A stretch of 64,000 nt of DNA from an uncultured delta proteobacterium (lineage in GTDB: Bacteria; Desulfobacterota; Desulfuromonadia; Desulfuromonadales; BM103): the NCBI GenBank assembly GCA_963715335.1, contig CAVQRZ010000025.1, forward strand, positions 1 to 64,000, in the 5' to 3' direction. The notes under the pieces are model-generated. The model was not told the DNA's origin and ran no database searches. It worked only from the letters and a program-made list of their open reading frames with translations. Shown here in pieces: positions 1 through 9,969 of this stretch (its first letter is position 1; each line of letters begins with the position of its first letter). Made by a program: the position numbers and the translations under genes.

Positions 1-381
1 AACCTGCCGAAATTCAAGGCGGAATTATCAAAGCTTGAAGAACAGCTCAAAGCCGCATTGACTCAACTTCCTAATCAAAAAGAGATTCCCAGCCTGTTGA
101 CAAACCTCGCCACAATCGCAAGGGACAACGGTCTGGATGTGGTCTCGTTCAGCCCGAAAGCCGAAGTTTCAAAAGGGTTCTATGCCGAAGTCCCGGGCTC
201 GGTGGATTTGCTCGGCACCTATCATCAGATTGCTGAATTTGCCCAGGCGGTCAGCAAGCTTTCACGAATTGTCAATCTCTCAGATCTTGACTTGAGTGGA
301 CCGACAGTTGAAGGTGGCGTGGCAGTTCTCAAAATCAAGTGTAAGGTGACCACTTTCCGGTTTGTGGATAATAAAGGGTGA
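1..381 (+). CDS. pilO: Type IV pilus assembly protein PilO (5'-truncated by window edge)
   Basis: QLPNQKEIPSLL...FYAEVP...YHQIAEFAQAVSKLSRIVN motifs; lies directly upstream of pilP-pilQ; the frame is open back to the window start. Confidence 0.9.
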   Translation, partial: NLPKFKAELSKLEEQLKAALTQLPNQKEIPSLLTNLATIARDNGLDVVSFSPKAEVSKGFYAEVPGSVDLLGTYHQIAEFAQAVSKLSRIVNLSDLDLSGPTVEGGVAVLKIKCKVTTFRFVDNKG

Positions 382-386
382 TATTC

Positions 387-926
387 ATGGTGCGTAACTT
401 TATATACCTGGTCATAGGGCTTTCGCTTTGCGCGTGCCTTCTCGCCTGTATGGAGGAGGAAACCTCATCACCTCGTACGCAAACGGCAACTGTCTCATCA
501 AAACCCCCTGCAAAGCCAGTGGTGGTGCCATCAAATGAAGTCGCAGTGGTGGAAGAGGAAAAGGAAGCGGAGTTCGTCTATATCAGTGAGGGCAGGCGTG
601 ACCCTTTCGTTCCTCTCTCAAAGCTCAGGGACTCGCTCGTGAGCGTTGTTGATGAAGAGCCTCAAACGCCGTTGCAAAGCTATGATGTTGCACAATTCAA
701 GCTGGTCGGCGTGATCGTCGGTAAAGGTGCGCCAAAGGCCATGGTGGTTGCCCCGGATGGGAAATCCTACGTGCTCGCAAAGGGTGTGAAAATCGGCAAA
801 AACAACGGAGTCATTATCGGTATCACAAGCGAAGCGGTCTCCGTTCGGGAAAAATATTACGATTTTTCAGGAAATGTGATTGAAAATATTCAGGAAATTA
901 TAGTTCCCAGGCGGGAAGGAGTATAA
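387..926 (+). CDS. pilP: Type IV pilus lipoprotein PilP
   Basis: Lipobox-like LLAC; YISEGRRDPF and PLQSYDVAQFKLVGVI motifs; between pilO and pilQ. ATG 387 chosen as start (ORF track starts at 378). Confidence 0.9.
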   Translation: MVRNFIYLVIGLSLCACLLACMEEETSSPRTQTATVSSKPPAKPVVVPSNEVAVVEEEKEAEFVYISEGRRDPFVPLSKLRDSLVSVVDEEPQTPLQSYDVAQFKLVGVIVGKGAPKAMVVAPDGKSYVLAKGVKIGKNNGVIIGITSEAVSVREKYYDFSGNVIENIQEIIVPRREGV

Positions 927-928
927 CC

Positions 929-3640
929 ATGCGCGGGGTGAAGATTATGTCGAATCAACTGAGGGCTTGCTGGCCCAACCGTCTTGCTAAGCATCTCTTG
1001 TGCGGTTCCATGGCGATCTTATTGGCCTATGGGATTGCATGGGGGGCGGACGTGAATAAACTGACGTCCGTTTCTCTCGACCCGGATGCGAAAGAGGCGA
1101 CGATCCTGATAGAAACCGCCAACCCGGTTGGTTACAGGTATACGGTTTATGATTCGTTTGAGCCGACCCGTGTTGTTATCGATTTTCCTGGCATGGAATT
1201 GTCCGGGGTTAAAGAAACGCTCAGTGTTGTACAGGGACCTGTCCAGGAAGTTCGCGTTGCCGGTTTTGAGTTGTCATCCGGCCAGTTGACGAGAGTTGAG
1301 ATTCTGCTTGCCGAAAGCACTGAGTACCAGGTCAGCCTCGATGGTCAGAAGTTCCGCGTCGCCTTTACTTCGGTCGCAACGCCACCCACCGTGGCGAAAG
1401 CCGCGATGGCAGAAACCGCGCCAGAAAAGGCCGTTGCCCCTGCAGTTGCAGCGACTGATTCATCCGCCGATGCAAAGTTACTACTTAAAGTTGATTTTTC
1501 CCCGAGCCGGGCAGTCTTTGAGACGAACGGCAAAGTAGGCAATTTCAAATATTTCGTCCTGAAAAACCCGGCCCGGCTGGTCGTCGATTTTTATGGCCTG
1601 AAACCCGCCTTCAAAGAGCGCCTGTTCCCAGCTGGCAATGGTTTTAAGCAGATCCGACTCGGCACATACAGTGACAAGACCCGTCTGGTCTTTGATGCCA
1701 GCGGCACAGACCTCCCACAGCATAACGTCACAGGTCGCGATACTGATGTCCTGGTTACCTGGGGTGGAATGGCGGCAGACGTTGCAAAAGAGAAGCCAGC
1801 CATGCCTGCCTCTGCATCCGTTGCCGATCCTGCAGCAGAATCCGTCGTGCCGGAAACTCCGCAAGCAACTGCACAGAATTCGCCTGCTGTGGCAAGCGGA
1901 AAACCGGTCGAAGAAAGTCTGTCAATGCCGACGACTGGCCCTGCTGTGGTTGAGGCGATTGATTTCAGTAATGAGGATGGCCGCAGCCTGATTGCAGTGA
2001 CGCTTTCAAATCCTGCTAAAATCACCGGTCCCGTAGCAGAGGGTAACCTGGTCCGGTTTGAAATTGTTGATTCATCGATCAGCCGTGCATTGCGCAGAAA
2101 AATTGACGCATCAGCCTTCCCCAGTGCCGTGACCTCCGTGACGCCGTACACGGTGACGGAGGGTGATCACCAGAATGTGCGTATTGCCGTCAACCTGAAA
2201 GGGCAGGTCTCCTACGCCCTTGAAGAGGATGGCTCCATCATCCGACTCGTGATTGACGATGGTGCATATGCCGAACCGGTCCCGCCCGCAGTCAGCACGG
2301 TTGAGGTCACGACACCGAAACGCTCTGAACCGGCGGAAGAGACGCTAGCGAGTACAGCCAGCGCTAAAGGCTATGCCTCCACATCAAGTCCTGTGACTGC
2401 TGCTGAAATGTCCGCTGAGGCTGCCCGCTATACCGGTGAAAAGATCAGCCTGGTTTTCGATGACGCAAATGTCCGTAGCATCCTGCAGTTGATTGGCGAT
2501 GTGAGTGGGCTCAATATCCTGGCCAGCAGCGACGTAAAGGGAACCATAACCCTGCGCCTGATCGATGTACCGTGGGACCAGGCTCTCGACCTGGTCCTGG
2601 AGACGGCCGACCTGGGTAAAATTCAGCAGGGGAATATCCTGCGCATAATGCCCCAGGAAAAAATCAGGGATATGGAACAGAGCGCAATGAAGGACCAGAT
2701 GATTGCAATCGAAGAGGGTGTCCTCGTAACCAAGACCTACTCGGTCAATTACGCCTCTGTAGATGACATGAAAAAATACCTGTCCGATATCAAGTCTGAC
2801 CGGGGGTCCATCGTTGCCGACTCCAGGAACAAGCAGCTTATCGTCCGCGATGCCGCTGCGGTTCTGGAACAGATGGAAGAGATGATCGTCCAGATCGACA
2901 AACCGGAACGACAGGTCATGATCGAGGCCCGCATTGTTGAGGCGAACACCAACTTCTCGCGCAACCTTGGCATCAAATGGAATTTTGATTACGAGCAAGA
3001 TGGCACGCGCCACTCAAGTAATGGCCTGAATGACGCTGCATTGGGGATTGGCGGTTCTTTCATCCTGCCCGTAACGAATCCGGCAGTCGCCGGTGCTTCG
3101 TCGATGTTCTCTTTCGGCGCCCTTGATGATCAGCTTGATATCGATCTGCGCCTGGCTGCACTGGAGAATTCCGGTGAAGGCCGGATCGTCTCAACCCCGA
3201 AAATTACCACACTGAATGGTCAGCAGGCGACGATCTCGCAGGGAACAAAGATTCCATTCTCGTCGGTCAGCGACCAGGGCACTGATGTCCAGTTTGAAAA
3301 TGCTGAATTGAAGCTCTCTGTCACGCCTGAGATCAATCCCGATGGCAGTATCCTGCTTGACATTGATACCTCGAACAGTTCTGTCGGCTCAGTTGTGCCT
3401 ACGGCAACGGGCGATGCAGTCTCTATTGATGAGAAAAAAGCCCAAACCAAGGTTCTGGTCCGCAATGGCCAGACGACGGTTATCGGTGGGATCTTTATTG
3501 AACAGGAACAGAATTCTCAGTCGGGCGTGCCGATTCTCATGGATATCCCAATCTTTGGGCACCTGTTCAAGTCGACCAGCAAAACCAAGGATCGTCGTGA
3601 GTTACTGATCTTTATCACGCCGCGGATAGTGGAATCTTGA
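929..3640 (+). CDS. pilQ: Type IV pilus secretin PilQ with N-terminal AMIN-like domains
   Basis: YTGEKISLVF, VPWDQALD, QVMIEARIVEA, GVPILMDIPIFGHLFK, RELLIFITPRIV secretin motifs; PTRVVIDF and PARLVVDF AMIN-type motifs. Confidence 0.95.
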   Translation: MRGVKIMSNQLRACWPNRLAKHLLCGSMAILLAYGIAWGADVNKLTSVSLDPDAKEATILIETANPVGYRYTVYDSFEPTRVVIDFPGMELSGVKETLSVVQGPVQEVRVAGFELSSGQLTRVEILLAESTEYQVSLDGQKFRVAFTSVATPPTVAKAAMAETAPEKAVAPAVAATDSSADAKLLLKVDFSPSRAVFETNGKVGNFKYFVLKNPARLVVDFYGLKPAFKERLFPAGNGFKQIRLGTYSDKTRLVFDASGTDLPQHNVTGRDTDVLVTWGGMAADVAKEKPAMPASASVADPAAESVVPETPQATAQNSPAVASGKPVEESLSMPTTGPAVVEAIDFSNEDGRSLIAVTLSNPAKITGPVAEGNLVRFEIVDSSISRALRRKIDASAFPSAVTSVTPYTVTEGDHQNVRIAVNLKGQVSYALEEDGSIIRLVIDDGAYAEPVPPAVSTVEVTTPKRSEPAEETLASTASAKGYASTSSPVTAAEMSAEAARYTGEKISLVFDDANVRSILQLIGDVSGLNILASSDVKGTITLRLIDVPWDQALDLVLETADLGKIQQGNILRIMPQEKIRDMEQSAMKDQMIAIEEGVLVTKTYSVNYASVDDMKKYLSDIKSDRGSIVADSRNKQLIVRDAAAVLEQMEEMIVQIDKPERQVMIEARIVEANTNFSRNLGIKWNFDYEQDGTRHSSNGLNDAALGIGGSFILPVTNPAVAGASSMFSFGALDDQLDIDLRLAALENSGEGRIVSTPKITTLNGQQATISQGTKIPFSSVSDQGTDVQFENAELKLSVTPEINPDGSILLDIDTSNSSVGSVVPTATGDAVSIDEKKAQTKVLVRNGQTTVIGGIFIEQEQNSQSGVPILMDIPIFGHLFKSTSKTKDRRELLIFITPRIVES

Positions 3641-3663
3641 GTATTCAATTTAAATAACAGCTG

Positions 3664-3692
3664 GAAAAGGACAGGTATCCCCTGTCCTTTTC
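3664..3692. terminator. Hairpin / possible intrinsic terminator after pilQ
   Basis: GAAAAGGACAGG-TATCC-CCTGTCCTTTTC perfect 12-bp inverted repeat. Confidence 0.65.
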
Positions 3693-3713
3693 TGTATCAA
3701 GAGCAACAGGCAT

Positions 3714-4244
3714 ATGGACCTTGAGAGACGTCAAAATATATTTCTGACTGGATTCATGGGGGCAGGAAAATCAACCGTTGGTCATGCCCTCGCGCAATTG
3801 ATAGGTTGTCCTTTCCGTGATTTGGACAGTATGATTGTCGAAAAGGAAAAACGCTCCATATCAGAGATCTTTGCAACCGATGGAGAAGTTTATTTCCGTA
3901 ATTGTGAAACCGATATTTTGAAAAGCTTGAATGAACAAAATAGTGCCATATATGCAACAGGCGGTGGTATTGTGACCCGTGAAGAGAACCGGGCACTGAT
4001 GAGACATAAGGGCAGGATTATTTACTTGAAAACCGGTTGGGCCGTTTTGCAGGAGCGACTGAAGAACAGCGTTGACCGGCCACTGGTTGATACCGCGGGA
4101 TGCTGGAGCGAGCTTGACCAGTTATTGCAACGTCGACAGCCGTTCTACCTCGACGCTGACTTTATTGTCGATACAGATGGAAGCAACCCCATTCAAGTCG
4201 CACAGAAGATCGCGTCAATATTGAAACAGGAATTAAAAGAATGA
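3714..4244 (+). CDS. aroK: Shikimate kinase
   Basis: NIFLTGFMGAGKSTVG P-loop, GEVYFR, ATGGG, RPL motifs. Confidence 0.95.
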   Translation: MDLERRQNIFLTGFMGAGKSTVGHALAQLIGCPFRDLDSMIVEKEKRSISEIFATDGEVYFRNCETDILKSLNEQNSAIYATGGGIVTREENRALMRHKGRIIYLKTGWAVLQERLKNSVDRPLVDTAGCWSELDQLLQRRQPFYLDADFIVDTDGSNPIQVAQKIASILKQELKE

Positions 4245-5317
4245 ACAAGATTATCGTCGGCCTTGCCGAGCGTAGCTATCCGATCTGGATCGGGAAAGAC
4301 ATCTACGCCGACCTTGGTGTCGCGCTGGATGAAGTCAAATTTCCAAAGAAGGTCGCCGTTGTCACGAATCCGACAGTTGGTGATCTATACTGTAACCAGA
4401 TTGTTAACGAGCTTGTGCAGTCCGGGCGCCAGGTTGATGTCATCCGTCTCCCCGATGGCGAAGAATATAAGACGATAGCCACCCTCGAAGAGATTTTCGA
4501 TGTACTGATCGACAGGCACTTCGATCGATATTGTGGTCTGGTCGCGCTGGGCGGCGGTGTTATCGGTGATATTACAGGGTTTGCTGCAGCAGCTTATTTG
4601 CGTGGTATCCCGTTTGTACAAATTCCGACAACTCTTCTTGCACAGGTGGATAGCTCCGTGGGAGGGAAAACCGGAGTCAACCACCCCCGGGGAAAAAACC
4701 TGATCGGTGCTTTTTATCAGCCGCGCCTTGTACACATTGACGTCAAGGTTTTGCATACCCTGTCGCAGAGAGACTATGCATCAGGACTGGCCGAAGTCGT
4801 CAAGTACGGCATTATTCGGGACCGGGGGTTTTTCGAGTGGATGGAAAAACATCGACAACCGCTTGCCGAGAGATCGGCTGATGCTCTGATTCACGCGGTA
4901 ATGATGTCTTGCCAAATCAAGGCGAATGTTGTAGAAAATGACGAAAAAGAGCAGGGATTACGGGCGCTCCTCAACCTGGGCCACACCTTTGGCCACGCTG
5001 TGGAGACCCTTGCCGGTTATGGCGTAGTCAAACATGGCGAAGCCGTTTCCATCGGCATGGTGATGGCTGCTCGGATCTCGCATAGGCTCGATCTCTGTAC
5101 GATTGAAGAGGTTGACCGAATCATCGATTTGCTGACTTACTTTGGGCTACCGGTAACGCCGCCCGATTTTCCCATTGCCGATTATCTTGCGGTCATGCAG
5201 CGGGATAAAAAGGTCAAAGATGGAATGGTCAGAGTTGTATTGAACCACGGGATTGGCTCGGCTGATCTGCACCAGGTCGACGGCCTGGACAAGTATTTAA
5301 AAGACCTTTTAACCTGA
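4241..5317 (+). CDS. aroB: 3-dehydroquinate synthase
   Basis: ALGGGVIGD, PTTLLAQVDSSVGGKTG, LNLGHTFGHAVE. Confidence 0.97.
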   Translation: MNKIIVGLAERSYPIWIGKDIYADLGVALDEVKFPKKVAVVTNPTVGDLYCNQIVNELVQSGRQVDVIRLPDGEEYKTIATLEEIFDVLIDRHFDRYCGLVALGGGVIGDITGFAAAAYLRGIPFVQIPTTLLAQVDSSVGGKTGVNHPRGKNLIGAFYQPRLVHIDVKVLHTLSQRDYASGLAEVVKYGIIRDRGFFEWMEKHRQPLAERSADALIHAVMMSCQIKANVVENDEKEQGLRALLNLGHTFGHAVETLAGYGVVKHGEAVSIGMVMAARISHRLDLCTIEEVDRIIDLLTYFGLPVTPPDFPIADYLAVMQRDKKVKDGMVRVVLNHGIGSADLHQVDGLDKYLKDLLT

Positions 5318-5332
5318 ACCCGGAAGTGAACG

Positions 5333-6106
5333 ATGACAACGGCGAACACAGGAGGAAGTCTGATCGGCAAGATCGGCAGTTATTTGCAGATCGTCGCTAA
5401 AGACCCCGGCTCTACCGCGTTTGTTCCTCTGGCCGAAGCTTACCGCCAGGTGGGGTTGCTCGATGATGCCCTGGAAGCGACCAGGCTGGGGACGAAGAGG
5501 CTGCCACATTTCAGCCCAGGATTTTCTGCAATGGGACGCATCCTTGGTCAGATGGGGCGAATTGATGAGGCGATGAGCGCCTATGCCCGGGCGTTAAGCA
5601 TCGACCGTCAGAGCCAGGCGGCCCTGGTCGGTTTGGCCCGTCTACACCTGATTCGAGGTGAGCGTGACCAGGCGCGTAAAATTCTTGCCCAGGCGAAAGA
5701 AGCCCACCCCGGTGATGATAAAATCTCTGACATGCTGATTGCGCTTGACCTGCCCAGGCCCTGGGATCAGATCAAGCAGATTCCGCAGGTTAAGTCGGAC
5801 GTCTCGACAGAAACCGTTGCTGCTGAGACAGGAGAACCGATTCCAACCGCCACTCTGGCAGAGATTTATGTCAAGCAGGGCCTGATTGACAAGGCGATCA
5901 AGATATATAACGACATACTGATAAAAGATCAGGGGAACAGTACTGCCCGCGAAAGAATTGTGCAGCTGAAAAGAGGGCCCGGCATTGAAACGCAAGCGGG
6001 GACAGGTCCGGAAACAGAAGTTGCCGCCGAAGCAAAAAGTCGGGCACCGCTGGCAGTCATGCAACGTTGGTTGTCTGTGATCAAACAGGGGAGAGCAAAT
6101 GTTTAA
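5333..6106 (+). CDS. Tetratricopeptide-repeat protein
   Basis: DPGSTAFVPLAEAYR and TATLAEIYVKQGLIDKAIKIY TPR-like helices. Confidence 0.8.
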   Translation: MTTANTGGSLIGKIGSYLQIVAKDPGSTAFVPLAEAYRQVGLLDDALEATRLGTKRLPHFSPGFSAMGRILGQMGRIDEAMSAYARALSIDRQSQAALVGLARLHLIRGERDQARKILAQAKEAHPGDDKISDMLIALDLPRPWDQIKQIPQVKSDVSTETVAAETGEPIPTATLAEIYVKQGLIDKAIKIYNDILIKDQGNSTARERIVQLKRGPGIETQAGTGPETEVAAEAKSRAPLAVMQRWLSVIKQGRANV

Positions 6107-6458
6107 TGAAATCCTGCAAAAGATAGTTGTTGAAACGGGTGGTGGCATTGGTGCTGTCCTGATGGGCTATGATGGTATCGCCATTGATCAGTTCTTTTCT
6201 CCCGATGAAGATGTCGATGTGCAGATGGTTGTTGTCGAATACTCCAACGTTCTTAAAGAAATACGCAAGACGGCCGAGATCCTGAGCCTTGGCGACATGG
6301 AGGAGATTTCGATTCGTACGGATCGTTTTATTATCGTGGTCCGCATACTCACCAGCGAGTATTTCGTGGCGATGATCATTCACCAGGATGGTAATTTTGG
6401 CAAGGGCCGTTATCTGATGGCCCGAGAAAGTAGCAACCTGCTTGAGGCTCTGGGCTGA
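6099..6458 (+). CDS. mglC: Roadblock/LC7 protein, MglC-like
   Basis: 119 aa; [10 protein letters not shown] and SEYFV...DGNFGKGRY resemble Myxococcus MglC as I recall it; sits in the pilQ...accBC neighbourhood. Confidence 0.7.
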   Translation: MFNEILQKIVVETGGGIGAVLMGYDGIAIDQFFSPDEDVDVQMVVVEYSNVLKEIRKTAEILSLGDMEEISIRTDRFIIVVRILTSEYFVAMIIHQDGNFGKGRYLMARESSNLLEALG

Positions 6459-6459
6459 A

Positions 6460-6897
6460 ATGAAACATGTTCTTGTATTGCACGGGCCCAACCTGAATCT
6501 TCTCGGCCAACGAGAGCCGGACGTGTACGGGCACCAGACGCTTGCCGATATTGACGCCGAACTTTCCCGGCTTGCGGAAGAACTCGGTCTTGCGATAGAT
6601 ACTTTCCAGTCGAATCATGAAGGATATCTGATCGACCGCATCCATGCTGCTGCAAACCAAGGCTTTTCCGGAATCATTATCAATCCCGGAGGCTTGACTC
6701 ATACCAGCGTGGCTCTGCGCGATGCTATCTCTTCGATCGATCTGCCCGTTATTGAGGCCCATTTATCAAATATTCATGCACGGGAAGCGTTTCGCCATCA
6801 ATCGTATGTTGCGGGCGTCGTGATTGGTCAGGTCTCCGGTTTCGGGGCTGTCAGCTACCAGTTGGCGCTGCGCGGCCTCGCTGCCCATCTTGTTTAA
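6460..6897 (+). CDS. aroQ: Type II 3-dehydroquinate dehydratase
   Basis: [48 protein letters not shown]. Confidence 0.97.
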   Translation: MKHVLVLHGPNLNLLGQREPDVYGHQTLADIDAELSRLAEELGLAIDTFQSNHEGYLIDRIHAAANQGFSGIIINPGGLTHTSVALRDAISSIDLPVIEAHLSNIHAREAFRHQSYVAGVVIGQVSGFGAVSYQLALRGLAAHLV

Positions 6898-6912
6898 CCA
6901 TCTCCCGCGATC

Positions 6913-7992
6913 ATGAATTATTCCCTCCGCAGGCAGAAAGCCGTCGATCTTCTGACACGGCTGGAGCTGGATGCGCTGGTACTCTGCCAACCGGAAAATA
7001 TCCGGTACCTGTGCGGGTTCACTGGCACCGACGGTGCGTTAATCGTCTCGCCGGAACAGCTTGTTTTTCTGACCGATTCGCGTTATACCACTCAAGCCCG
7101 CACTGAAGTTGTCGCGGACAAAATTACAGAGTACAGAGTCAAGTCCGACGGTATCATTGCCGCACTCTCTACTCACGCCGTCAGGCGGGTTGGCTCTGAA
7201 GCCGGACTTACCGTCGAGGCTTTCAATGAGCTTCGGGACAAAGGTGGAGATGGCTGGCAGTGGCAACATTTGAAAGACGAGATTCAAAGCCTGAGGCTGC
7301 ACAAGACGGAAGACGAAGTACGTTTGATTTCTGCAGCTGCCGAGCTCAACCGTGCCGGTTTTGAAGAGATCATGCCCATGCTCAGGCCCGGCGTCAGAGA
7401 ATCAGAGATTTCCCTGGCCCTGGAGTTTGCCATGCGCAGACGCGGCGCCGAAGAAAAGGCTTTTGATATCATCGTTGCTTCCGGGGAGCGCGGTGCAATG
7501 CCCCATGGTGTTGCCACAGACAGGTCGCTTGTTGAAGGGGAGCTGGTCACAATTGACTTCGGTTGCCGTTGCTCTGGATATCATTCGGACGAAACGGTCA
7601 CCCTGGCTTTTGGTTGCGTTTCTGATGAATTGCGCAAAATATATGATACTGTACTGGAGGCGCATGACCGCGCTCTTGCAGCTGTCGTTCCGGGGATCGC
7701 TCTGTCAGAACTGGACCGGGTAGCAAGAGACCATATCGGTGCCCGTGGCTACTCAGAATTTTTTGGCCACGGTCTGGGCCACGGAGTCGGCCTGGAAATT
7801 CATGAAGCCCCGGTTGTCTCGCCCCGCAGTAAAGCAGTTGCAGAAGCAGGAATGGTATTTACTGTCGAACCTGGTGTCTATGTGCCGGGAATTGGCGGCG
7901 TGAGGATAGAAGACATGGTTTTGGTGACCACAGAGGGGCACCAGGTCCTGACAAAAATCCCCAAGATGTTTCGGAACATTCTGTTAAGATAA
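6913..7992 (+). CDS. Xaa-Pro peptidase (M24 family)
   Basis: TDSRY, IDFG, YHSD, FGHGLGHGVGLEIHEAP, TVEPG, GGVRIED. Confidence 0.92.
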   Translation: MNYSLRRQKAVDLLTRLELDALVLCQPENIRYLCGFTGTDGALIVSPEQLVFLTDSRYTTQARTEVVADKITEYRVKSDGIIAALSTHAVRRVGSEAGLTVEAFNELRDKGGDGWQWQHLKDEIQSLRLHKTEDEVRLISAAAELNRAGFEEIMPMLRPGVRESEISLALEFAMRRRGAEEKAFDIIVASGERGAMPHGVATDRSLVEGELVTIDFGCRCSGYHSDETVTLAFGCVSDELRKIYDTVLEAHDRALAAVVPGIALSELDRVARDHIGARGYSEFFGHGLGHGVGLEIHEAPVVSPRSKAVAEAGMVFTVEPGVYVPGIGGVRIEDMVLVTTEGHQVLTKIPKMFRNILLR

Positions 7993-8056
7993 CTACTGAC
8001 TTCGTTTATTAACACCGGGCTGTGTGCGCAGAACCGGCGACAAGGGAGGAACATGT

Positions 8057-8533
8057 ATGGATATCAAGGAACTGAAGACGTTGGTCAAAATGATCACCGA
8101 CACCGATATCACTGAATTTGAAATGGAGAATGCCGAAGAGAAGATTGTCATAAAGCGTGGCCCGGAAAAGGAATACGTACAGTTTGCCGCGGCAGCCCCT
8201 GCTGTTGCCGCTGCGCCAGTGGCTTCGCCTGCCGCAACTGCTGTGGCAGCAGCAGCGGCTGTGTCTGCCGCAACTGCGGCAGCGGATGACAAGTACGAGA
8301 CGATCATCTCTCCTATTGTTGGCAGCTTTTATCGTAAACCAAGCCCGGAAGCGGACAATTTCGTTGAGGTCGGCACAGTGGTCGAGGCTGGTCAGACCGT
8401 GTGCCTGGTCGAGGCCATGAAGCTCTTCAACGAGATCGAGGCCGAGTTCAAGTGCAAGATTGTCGAAGTTATTAAAGAAGATGCCGCCCCGGTGGAATTC
8501 GGTGAGCCGCTCTTCAAGGTGGAACGACTCTAG
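8057..8533 (+). CDS. accB: Acetyl-CoA carboxylase biotin carboxyl carrier protein
   Basis: MDIKELK start after GGAGG; Ala-rich linker; EAMKLFNEI biotinylation motif. Confidence 0.97.
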   Translation: MDIKELKTLVKMITDTDITEFEMENAEEKIVIKRGPEKEYVQFAAAAPAVAAAPVASPAATAVAAAAAVSAATAAADDKYETIISPIVGSFYRKPSPEADNFVEVGTVVEAGQTVCLVEAMKLFNEIEAEFKCKIVEVIKEDAAPVEFGEPLFKVERL

Positions 8534-8581
8534 TGTCCTGACCCAGAAAGATCCAGAACCCCAGGCACTAAGGAGATATCC

Positions 8582-9919
8582 ATGTTTCGTAAAATTCTGA
8601 TTGCCAATCGCGGCGAAATTGCCTTGCGCATCATACGGGCCTGCAAGGAGATGGGCATCCTGACGGTTGCCGTGCATTCCGACGCTGACGCCGATGCCCT
8701 GCACACCAAGATTGCAGACGAAAGCATCTGTATCGGAAGCGCTCCGAGCAGCAAAAGCTACCTCAACATGAAGGCGATCATCAGCGCTGCCGAGGTCACA
8801 GACGCCGAGGCGATTCATCCCGGGTACGGATTCCTTGCCGAGAATGCCGAGTTTGCCGAAATCTGCAAGAATTGCGGGCTGACCTTCATTGGCCCGACCC
8901 CGGAAAACATCCGCCTGATGGGCGACAAGATTGCCGGTCGGCAATCCGTTACCAAGGTCGGTGTGCCGATTCTGCCGGGGACCAAGGACAATGTGCCGAC
9001 CGTCGAGGAAGCGCAGCGTATCGCGGAAGAGATCGGTTATCCGGTCATCATCAAGGCAACCGCCGGTGGCGGCGGAAAAGGGATGAAGGTCGTTCATTCA
9101 CCGGCATCCCTGCCGAACCAGTACGCCATGGCCCGCGCTGAGGCCAAGGCCTCTTTTGACAACTCCGACGTCTACATCGAGAAATTCTGCGAAAACCCGC
9201 GTCACGTCGAAGTGCAATTGATTGGCGACAGCCACGGCAATGTAATCCACCTCGGGGAGCGCGACTGTTCGATACAGCGCCGTCATCAGAAACTCATTGA
9301 AGAGGCTCCCTGTCCGGCAATCACTGCCAAACAGCGCAAGGACCTCTGCGCATGTGCCGTCGAAGCAGCCAAATCGATCGGTTACACGAGCGCCGGCACC
9401 ATGGAGTTTCTGCTGGACAAGCAGGGTAATTTCTATTTCATGGAAATGAACACCCGTGTGCAGGTTGAGCATCCCGTGACCGAAATGATCACCGGTGTTG
9501 ATATTATTCAGGAGCAGATCCGGGTGGCTTACGGCTTGCCCCTGCGCTATCAGCAGAAAGATATAAAGATCAGAGGGCACGCGATTGAGTGTCGCATCAA
9601 TGCTGAAGATCCTGTCAAATTCAGCCCATGCCCGGGCAAAATAGAAGGGTACCATCCGCCCGGGGGCCTGGGTGTACGGATTGACAGTGCAGTTTATGAC
9701 CAGTACACGGTTTTACCGTATTATGACTCGATGATCGCCAAGCTGATCGTTCATGCGGATACGCGCGAAGAAGCGATCAAACGTATGGCCCGCTCACTCG
9801 ATGAGTTTATTATCGGCGGAATCAAGACGACGATTGAGTTCCACCAGCGGATTATGAACAACAAAGAATTTATCGAGGGCGATATTGATACCGGTTTCCT
9901 CGAAAGATTGAAGCTTTAA
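8582..9919 (+). CDS. accC: Biotin carboxylase
   Basis: KILIANRGEIALR, HPGYGFLAEN, ERDCSIQRRHQK, EMNTRVQVEH. Confidence 0.98.
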   Translation: MFRKILIANRGEIALRIIRACKEMGILTVAVHSDADADALHTKIADESICIGSAPSSKSYLNMKAIISAAEVTDAEAIHPGYGFLAENAEFAEICKNCGLTFIGPTPENIRLMGDKIAGRQSVTKVGVPILPGTKDNVPTVEEAQRIAEEIGYPVIIKATAGGGGKGMKVVHSPASLPNQYAMARAEAKASFDNSDVYIEKFCENPRHVEVQLIGDSHGNVIHLGERDCSIQRRHQKLIEEAPCPAITAKQRKDLCACAVEAAKSIGYTSAGTMEFLLDKQGNFYFMEMNTRVQVEHPVTEMITGVDIIQEQIRVAYGLPLRYQQKDIKIRGHAIECRINAEDPVKFSPCPGKIEGYHPPGGLGVRIDSAVYDQYTVLPYYDSMIAKLIVHADTREEAIKRMARSLDEFIIGGIKTTIEFHQRIMNNKEFIEGDIDTGFLERLKL

Positions 9920-9922
9920 CGA

Positions 9923-9946
9923 AAAGGCCAGGATTCCCTGGCCTTT
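9923..9946. terminator. Hairpin after accC
   Basis: AAAGGCCAGG-ATTC-CCTGGCCTTT inverted repeat. Confidence 0.55.
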
Positions 9947-9969
9947 GTGTTTTAAGACGTACCACCTAG

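Noticed and set aside
7993..8056. No efp between the peptidase and accB, and no aroC before aroK
   Set aside because: Ordinary gene-order variation; the genes may be elsewhere and absence cannot be judged from one window
8185..8285. GCN-rich low-complexity repeat
   Set aside because: Normal Ala/Pro-rich linker of AccB
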